Origin: Torpedo marmorata
Taxonomy: Eukaryota
NCBI GenBank assembly: GCA_977017645.1
Contig: OZ360241.1
Span: 73,470,001-73,534,000, forward strand
Direction of reading: 5' to 3'
DNA: 64,000 nt
Within the stretch, counting starts at the first letter, position 1, and the number at the start of each line of letters is the position of its first letter. The position numbers and the translations under genes are program-made. Positions 61,201 to 64,000 of this stretch are shown here, in pieces. The notes under the pieces were generated by a model that did no database searches, was not told the origin of the DNA, and saw only the letters and a program-made list of their open reading frames with translations.

Positions 61201-63201
61201 ACTTATCAGCCCTCTCCACAATTCCACCCACTCATTGCCTCCAGTGGACCTCATATGGATTGGTAAAACAGACTTCTCCCAGGTAAACTGTGGCATGCAA
61301 TAGATACCCATCTCAATCTAGAAACAAGACAAGAAAATCAACCTCTCTCCAGCCGAAACTGTAGGAGGGAAATGCATTTCCTCAAGGAAGGCTGACCAGC
61401 AAATATCCCTTCTCTAGAGGACAATTACAAGGCAATAACTTCCTTTATAGTAACCACATTCCTGGAAACAAACCCAGAAATCAATTTGAGGCAGAAAATG
61501 TTGAAGTGTTGTCCATCCTCTTCTCCTGAGGTCTTGAGGCCTCAGTGAGATTTATCTATCATACTTGCAAAATCTCAACTTTTTCAGGTATTTGGCAATT
61601 GTACTTAACAACAAATTTTGCGATAATTGTAGGAATGTTGGTGAATCATGAAGGTTCATGTTAAATGTTGGTCAATGGGTTAAGGCAGTATATGACCAAA
61701 CCAGGTAGGGCAAGGTCCCAGGTGCAAACTCTCCAACCTCAGCACACTGCTACCAGCTGGGCTGATGCTACCAGCAGTTACAATCAGCCTTAAACCCTTG
61801 TGGAAAAAGACGGTCAAATCAGCTCCTCCTCTTGATCACTGTCTAGTGTGAATGTACAGACAGCCAGCCTGTACAAGGTATCTCTTCATGGGAGAATAAC
61901 TTGAGGTCATCAGGAGGTGAACCTCATGACATGGCCCCTGAGCAAGCAAGGAACAAAAAAGAAAGTAAGATGTTCAATGCAAGTGGGACCATGCTATACT
62001 GTCCTCTATTGCTTCAAGTCAAATAGTATGACAGGAGACTGACCTGAACCTTTGGTGAAAACGAGCTTCGATCTGCTGCGTACACCATCGCCTTTTGTTG
62101 TGTAGGCTGCCACAGTGATGGAGTATGTTGTTTCTGGCTGCAGCCCAGAGATGATCATCTCCTAGCATTGGAAGCACATTATTTCAGCTCAGAACATAAT
62201 AGAAATCCAATTTGGTCACATTCAACAAATTTAAACATGCACAAAATGAACCCCCTCGATCCATGGACGACAAAAGGTGTTTAAAAACAAAGAGCAAAAT
62301 CCTTTCACACGGACACCTTTCAAGAAGGCAAGCCAGAACCTGCTTTATATTGATCTTTGGACTCCATTGAAATTGCTTCAAGGAGTATCTTTATCCACCA
62401 CTCACTAGACTCTGTTCCCATGTGACTCATTTTTAAAAATTCATTGGCACAGTGCCAGAATGAAGAGCTTTGAGCCATCAACATTGGCTTTTGTAGGAAT
62501 GACCCAGTGGTTAGCTGACCCCCATCTCCCCCTTCTTATGCAAGGAATACAGAAAATCCCTGTCAGGAAAGCATGAAAAGGATACCTCAAGCAGAGACTT
62601 GAAATGCTTGGATCATTGAGATGTCCACACAGAATGAGGCATGTTGGCCCATCTTGTGCATGCTAGCCAAAATTCGATTTATATTAATCCCACTTCCCAG
62701 CTCTCGATTCATGGCCCTGCAGGGTCATCCAGGTATTTCAGAACACAATGGGGCGGTCTCTGCCTCCAACACTCTTCCAAGCAATGAGTTTGACCCCCAC
62801 CACATACTGAGTGGATTATTTTTCTCAACTCCCTTCTAATTATTTTAAATCTAGTCTCTCTGCTGGGGAAAAATCAGTCCCTCATTTTTATCTTGACAAA
62901 ACATCTCATCATTATCATTTGCATCACAAATAAATCCAAACCCTGTTGCCATTGTCCTGAAGATAGCAATCCCAGCTCAATCGATGTTAAATACTGTAAA
63001 TGGAGACACCACTCCTTCCCCGCAAAAAGGAAAATAAAACACATTAAACAATAAGCTCTCAAGCCATGCAAAATCAGTAAACAAATATTCATGGCTTTCC
63101 TGTACATTGAGGAATAGGACTGTGCAGGAACATAAAAACACAAGGGAGCATTCAAGATGAGGAAGTTTACTCACATATTCTGCAATGCTGTCAGTCTCCC
63201 A
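1181..63201 (-). CDS. PTPRS: Receptor-type tyrosine-protein phosphatase S (PTPsigma, LAR family), partial multi-exon gene continuing beyond both window edges
   Basis: Exons listed below splice in frame with GT-AG boundaries. Paralog-diagnostic peptides [36 protein letters not shown] and DGEEGLIWV match recalled PTPRS better than PTPRD or PTPRF. Confidence 0.92.
4769..4988. mobile_element. Tc1/mariner (Tigger-like) MITE
   Basis: TIRs cagtaaaacctctggtatcc / ggataacaggggttttactg, flanked by TA on both sides. Confidence 0.8.
5407..5590. other. N run (others at 8164-8412, 10823-11547, 26459-26618)
   Basis: Seen directly. Two of them abut GA or GT microsatellite-like flanks, so they are masked or unresolved sequence. 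Confidence 0.95.
8458..8499 (-). CDS. PTPRS: PTPRS cassette exon, 42 nt ([15 protein letters not shown])
   Basis: tttcttttcacag|AG TCT GTT GTC AGC AGT CCC CTC AGT GAA CCC GAA TTT GCA A|gttagt, phase 1-1. Resembles the recalled human insert DSGLRSPLREPGFHFES at the same position. Confidence 0.78.
8785..8817 (-). CDS. PTPRS: Candidate PTPRS cassette exon, 33 nt ([11 protein letters not shown])
   Basis: tttcccctcccag|GA TCA ACC AAC ACC ATT CTG GGG TCC TGC CCT C|gtaagt. Strong sites, phase 1-1, no stop. Confidence 0.6.
9010..9698. mobile_element. Longer MITE of the same family, nested in a Penelope-derived unit
   Basis: ta|cagtaaaacccctggtatccagaattcaagcaacc ... ggataccagggaatactg|ta. Ends are shared with 4769-4988 in opposite orientation. 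Confidence 0.78.
10585..11765 (+). mobile_element. Degenerate Penelope-like element 3' part, spanning an N run
   Basis: 10600-10770 resembles the GIY-YIG C-terminus at 63665-63830 (aaacttgaggaacaacac...atattc; gcatgaacattgattt). The terminal motif ttgatgaagggttcagacctgaaacgttgac follows the gap. Confidence 0.65.
13491..13603 (-). CDS. PTPRS: PTPRS juxtamembrane exon ([37 protein letters not shown])
   Basis: gacag|A AAG CGT ... CCA G|gtaaag, 113 nt, phase 2-1. Confidence 0.95.
14723..15390. mobile_element. Third MITE relative, interrupted by a SINE head (~15124-15186) and truncated at the adjacent LINE
   Basis: Starts ta|cagtagaatccccattatctggaattcaatcaacc. Shares internal blocks with 9010-9698 (ttggtgaagatgggagcaaa, tattagttaggcatt). 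Confidence 0.6.
15392..16686 (+). mobile_element. 5'-truncated Rex1/Babar-type LINE (RT pseudogene)
   Basis: [48 protein letters not shown]. In-frame stops. 3' aataaa plus (gactt)n tail. Confidence 0.9.
16808..16819 (-). CDS. PTPRS: PTPRS mini-exon D (12 nt, N-K-P-D-R)
   Basis: ggacag|C AAG CCT GAC AG|gtaagc, phase 2-2. Matches the recalled NKPDS insert after the TM helix. Confidence 0.88.
18787..18947 (-). CDS. PTPRS: PTPRS transmembrane exon ([11 protein letters not shown]...[26 protein letters not shown])
   Basis: ttttttgcag|AAG ATG ... AAA AA|gtaaga, 161 nt, phase 0-2. Confidence 0.96.
19097..19410 (-). mobile_element. CR1-type LINE 3' fragment
   Basis: TRGHSLK...[14 protein letters not shown]-terminal motif plus CR1-like 3' UTR. 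Confidence 0.8.
19441..19681 (-). mobile_element. 5S rRNA-derived SINE (SINE3-like) with LINE-like tail
   Basis: The minus strand of ~19570-19681 reads ...tctgatctcggaagctaagcagg...tggtcagtacttggaggggagaccgcctaggaacaccaggtgctgtagg (5S box A and box C). A ~110-nt tail ends in (accttt)3. Flanked by tagtaaa at 19434-19440 and 19682-19688. Confidence 0.85.
19745..21582 (+). mobile_element. 5'-truncated Rex1/Babar-type LINE (RT pseudogene)
   Basis: ORF pieces 19675-21186 ([35 protein letters not shown]) broken by stops. (ttctga)n tail. Confidence 0.92.
21686..22540 (+). mobile_element. GC-rich ~850-bp non-autonomous retroposon, copy 1
   Basis: Colinear with the reverse complement of 36915-37740. 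Ends gacaataaa(ttgaatc)n. No convincing ORF. Confidence 0.8.
23354..23783. repeat. Minisatellite, 23-bp unit ccccatacagagcatcctataaa, ~19 copies
   Basis: Direct tandem repetition with few variants. Confidence 0.97.
24055..24292 (-). mobile_element. tRNA-derived V-SINE-like element
   Basis: tRNA-like head (ggttagcgtagcagttagcg...gggttcgaatc) plus the gtttgtacgttctcccc...gggtttcctcc central domain. Confidence 0.8.
24355..24590 (+). mobile_element. tRNA-derived V-SINE-like element
   Basis: Same family, opposite orientation. Confidence 0.8.
25376..25641. repeat. 9-bp tandem repeat ctgaaccc(a/t), ~29 units
   Basis: Seen directly. It generates the (SVG/SEG)n and (FSG/FRG)n ORFs. Confidence 0.97.
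26787..26894 (-). mobile_element. 108-bp Penelope-end insertion with 14-bp target-site duplication
   Basis: aagtcagatcactc at 26773-26786 and 26895-26908. The insert matches ~63356-63465. Confidence 0.85.
26911..27126 (-). CDS. PTPRS: PTPRS exon with polybasic proprotein-convertase site ([18 protein letters not shown]...VLDIPEA)
   Basis: ttccag|CTC ... GCG|gtgagt, 216 nt, phase 0-0. Confidence 0.95.
27470..27830 (-). mobile_element. CR1-type LINE 3' fragment
   Basis: [26 protein letters not shown] plus the same 3' UTR as 19097-19250. Confidence 0.75.
28160..28392 (+). mobile_element. V-SINE-like element
   Basis: ggcacggttagtgtagcggttag head, central domain, A-rich end. Confidence 0.8.
28432..28522 (-). 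CDS. PTPRS: PTPRS exon ([30 protein letters not shown])
   Basis: tttcag|A GCC TAT ... GAA GAG|gtacgt, 91 nt, phase 2-0. Read manually. Confidence 0.93.
29130..29385 (+). mobile_element. V-SINE-like element
   Basis: Same family motifs. Confidence 0.78.
29460..29719 (-). CDS. PTPRS: PTPRS exon ([22 protein letters not shown]...EVESVTPV)
   Basis: cctag|ATC CAG TAT ... GTC AT|gtaaga, 260 nt, phase 0-2. Confidence 0.95.
30070..30894. mobile_element. CpG-rich non-autonomous pogo-family element, one TIR retained, inside a LINE tail
   Basis: The right end tcttatatgccgtcaaatatgg|ta resembles the pogo TIR at 50966-50990. The flanks (tttattgtc / cacaagtacaatg...aaattcttac) rejoin into the LINE tail seen at ~42735 and ~52295. 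Confidence 0.65.
31410..31648 (-). mobile_element. V-SINE-like element
   Basis: Reverse complement of the family at 28160 and 29130. Confidence 0.78.
31770..33960 (+). mobile_element. Old, fragmented CR1-type LINE region with nested younger fragments
   Basis: Degenerate CR1 ORF2 motifs (aataaatcgccagg; atcagcctgacatcagtagtaaggaaaatg) and CR1 3' UTRs at ~33600-33690 and ~33850-33950. Confidence 0.55.
36915..37740 (-). mobile_element. GC-rich ~830-bp non-autonomous retroposon, copy 2
   Basis: Minus strand starts aaaatggcggcactgcc and ends gacaataaattgaatcttgaatc. Confidence 0.8.
38295..38455. mobile_element. hAT (Charlie-like) palindromic MITE
   Basis: TIRs cagtggttctcaacc / ggttgagaaccactg. 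8-bp flanks gcatagca and gcgtagga match at 6 of 8. Confidence 0.85.
39490..39800 (+). mobile_element. CR1-type LINE 3' end
   Basis: GHSLRIKG...[19 protein letters not shown] and an (ttctatg)n tail. Confidence 0.85.
40450..40846 (-). mobile_element. 5'-truncated Penelope-like element
   Basis: Near-identical to 63325-63735. Flanked by gttagagg at 40442-40449 and 40847-40854. Confidence 0.88.
41051..41148 (-). CDS. PTPRS: PTPRS exon ([33 protein letters not shown])
   Basis: Acceptor cagcag, donor AAG|gtaagt, 98 nt, phase 1-0. Confidence 0.95.
41860..42447 (-). CDS. PTPRS: PTPRS large exon encoding two FNIII repeats (VPNRPTLSV...YRTMPLDQ)
   Basis: Within ORF 41765..42496. ctctttcag|TT CCC ... 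CAA G|gtaggg, 588 nt, phase 1-1. Confidence 0.95.
43090..43790 (+). mobile_element. Rex1/Babar LINE 3' fragment
   Basis: [38 protein letters not shown], plus 3' UTR. Confidence 0.85.
44341..46842 (+). mobile_element. L1-type LINE, 5' end present, internally deleted and 3'-truncated
   Basis: Partial coiled-coil ORF1 from 44471. APE endonuclease 45114-45965 (WNVSGL, LQETH, GGDFN, RIDYF). RT N-terminus ([15 protein letters not shown]) ending before YADD. Confidence 0.88.
46047..46123 (-). mobile_element. 77-bp Penelope-end insertion within L1 ORF2, 13-bp TSD
   Basis: catagaccaacaa at 46034-46046 and 46124-46136. The insert matches ~63323-63398. Confidence 0.88.
46990..47232 (-). mobile_element. 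V-SINE-like element, tail partly duplicated at ~44300-44340
   Basis: Family motifs as at 24055-24292. Confidence 0.78.
49101..50990 (-). mobile_element. Full-length pogo-family (POGK-like) DNA transposon with frameshifted transposase
   Basis: Perfect 25-bp TIRs ccgtatatttcggcgtataagtcga and TA flanks. Three ORF pieces give a Brinker-like DBD, a CENP-B-type HTH (GWCNRFMNR) and a DDD domain (NMDET, VWDMF, QPLDV). Repeated subterminal gtcgacttatacgccg. Confidence 0.95.
52280..52710 (-). mobile_element. Rex1/Babar-like LINE 3' fragment
   Basis: Shares blocks with 30895-31190 and 42725-42800 (gagtttattgtcat...aaattcttacttgctgcagc; ttgaacctagaggtg). Confidence 0.65.
53200..53695 (+). mobile_element. 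Degenerate CR1 3' fragment
   Basis: agaactagagagcatggatttaag, ttcactcagagggtag...tggaatgagctg. Related copies at ~54965-55225 and ~55890-56230. Confidence 0.7.
57872..58430 (-). mobile_element. Rex1/Babar LINE 3' fragment, inverted twin of 43260-43790
   Basis: ORF 58093..58368 is nearly identical to ORF 43315..43551. Confidence 0.88.
58900..60215 (+). mobile_element. 5'-truncated RLE-type non-LTR retrotransposon (Hero/NeSL/R2 group)
   Basis: GRKW...[13 protein letters not shown] finger CSLC-x-HILVGC, RHNQVL, and RPDLVLW...IELTVPWED restriction-like endonuclease. In-frame stops; terminal stop at ~60002, then UTR. Confidence 0.85.
62044..62161 (-). CDS. PTPRS: PTPRS FNIII exon ([39 protein letters not shown])
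   Basis: tag|GAG...TCAG|gtcagt, 118 nt, phase 0-1. Not in the ORF track; read manually. Confidence 0.93.
63175..63201 (-). CDS. PTPRS: PTPRS mini-exon C (27 nt, WETDSIAEY)
   Basis: Long pyrimidine tract ...ttcttgctttcctcctgttgctcag, then TGG GAG ACT GAC AGC ATT GCA GAA TAT, then gtgagt. Phase 0-0. Recalled human meC is WETDDTAEY. Confidence 0.9.
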
Positions 63202-63322
63202 CTGAGCAACAGGAGGAAAGCAAGAAAAAGAGAGAGAAAAAAACAAATAGATTCAAAGCTGAAGGAAGCGTTTTGAGGCATCTATAGTGGTTTTAACTGG
63301 AAGAACATGCAGCCCTTCAAAA

Positions 63323-64000
63323 GTAAAACACGAAAATCTGTAGACACCGCGGTTGAAGTAAAACACACAAATGCTGGAGAAACTCAGCAGGTCAAACAGT
63401 GTCTTTTATGTAGCAAAGGTAGAAATACATAACCGACGTTTCGGGCTTGAGCCCTTCATCAAAGTATGAGAAAATGCCGGCAGGCGTCTGAACAAAAGAG
63501 TGGGGGGGGGGGGGGGAAGGTGGGGGGTTGGCAAAGGCAGGAGATGATAGGTGGAGACAGGAGGGAGGGGACAGCAGCAAAGAGGGGGAGGAGGGATGGC
63601 TGGGTGGGTGGAAAAAAACTGGAAGGACAGGTGAGGGGGGAGGGGAAGGAAAAGACAAGCAGGTTTAGTGGAAAGCAGAAAAGTCAATGTTAATGCCATC
63701 TGGCTGGAGAGTGCCCAGACGGAAAATGAGATGTTGTTCCTTCAATTTGCGGGTAGTCTGGGTGGGATAGTACATAAGGCCATGGACAGACATGTGAGTG
63801 TGGGAATGTGACTCGGAATTGAAATGGCTGGCTTCTGGGAGGTCGCTGTTGTTGCGGACGGAGAGGAGGTGTTTAGCAAAGCGCTGTCCCAATCTACGAC
63901 CGGTCTCTCCGATGTAGAGAAAGCCACAAAGGGAGCATCGGATGCAGTAAATAAGTTCTCTGGATGTACAAGTGAAGTGTAGCTTCACTTGAAAGGTCTG
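63323..64000 (-). mobile_element. Penelope-like element 3' portion with GIY-YIG endonuclease
   Basis: ORF 63665..63988: LIYCIRCSLCGFLYIGETGRRLGQRFAKH...HFN...[17 protein letters not shown]. Confidence 0.92.
63428..63469 (-). ncRNA. Minimal type-I hammerhead-ribozyme-like motif in the Penelope terminal repeat (also 40553-40595 and 26861-26894 on -, 5964-6003 and 11665-11702 on +)
   Basis: ACU-UUGAUGA-A-GGGC(UCAA)GCCC-GAAA-CGUC-GGU: YUGAnGA core, stem II, GAAA and a palindromic ACGU in place of stem III. Activity untested. Confidence 0.6.

Overview
Eukaryotic vertebrate DNA. The repeat content (V-SINEs, CR1, Rex1/Babar, Penelope-like elements) points to a cartilaginous fish, probably a ray; that taxon is inference. 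The whole window lies inside one minus-strand gene, the LAR-family receptor tyrosine phosphatase PTPRS. I traced by hand an in-frame, GT-AG-bounded exon chain from mini-exon C in the FNIII region (63201) through the FNIII repeats, furin-type site, transmembrane helix and mini-exon D to the wedge region just before phosphatase D1 (1181). The intron ahead of the wedge exon holds two well-supported cassette exons and two weaker candidates. Introns are packed with transposons: Rex1/Babar and CR1 LINE remnants, V-SINEs, a 5S-derived SINE, an L1 flanked by a 182-bp duplication, an RLE-type retroelement, a near-complete pogo transposon, MITEs and Penelope-like ends carrying minimal hammerhead-ribozyme motifs. 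Most track ORFs are spurious. I cannot show a wholly new system. The best leads are the hammerhead-bearing mini-elements (one next to a splice donor), the cassette-exon cluster, the 5S-SINE, the L1 duplication and an inverted-repeat-flanked stop-free 567-nt exon block. Exon coordinates were counted base by base. Most transposon boundaries are approximate and family names are from recall, not searches.
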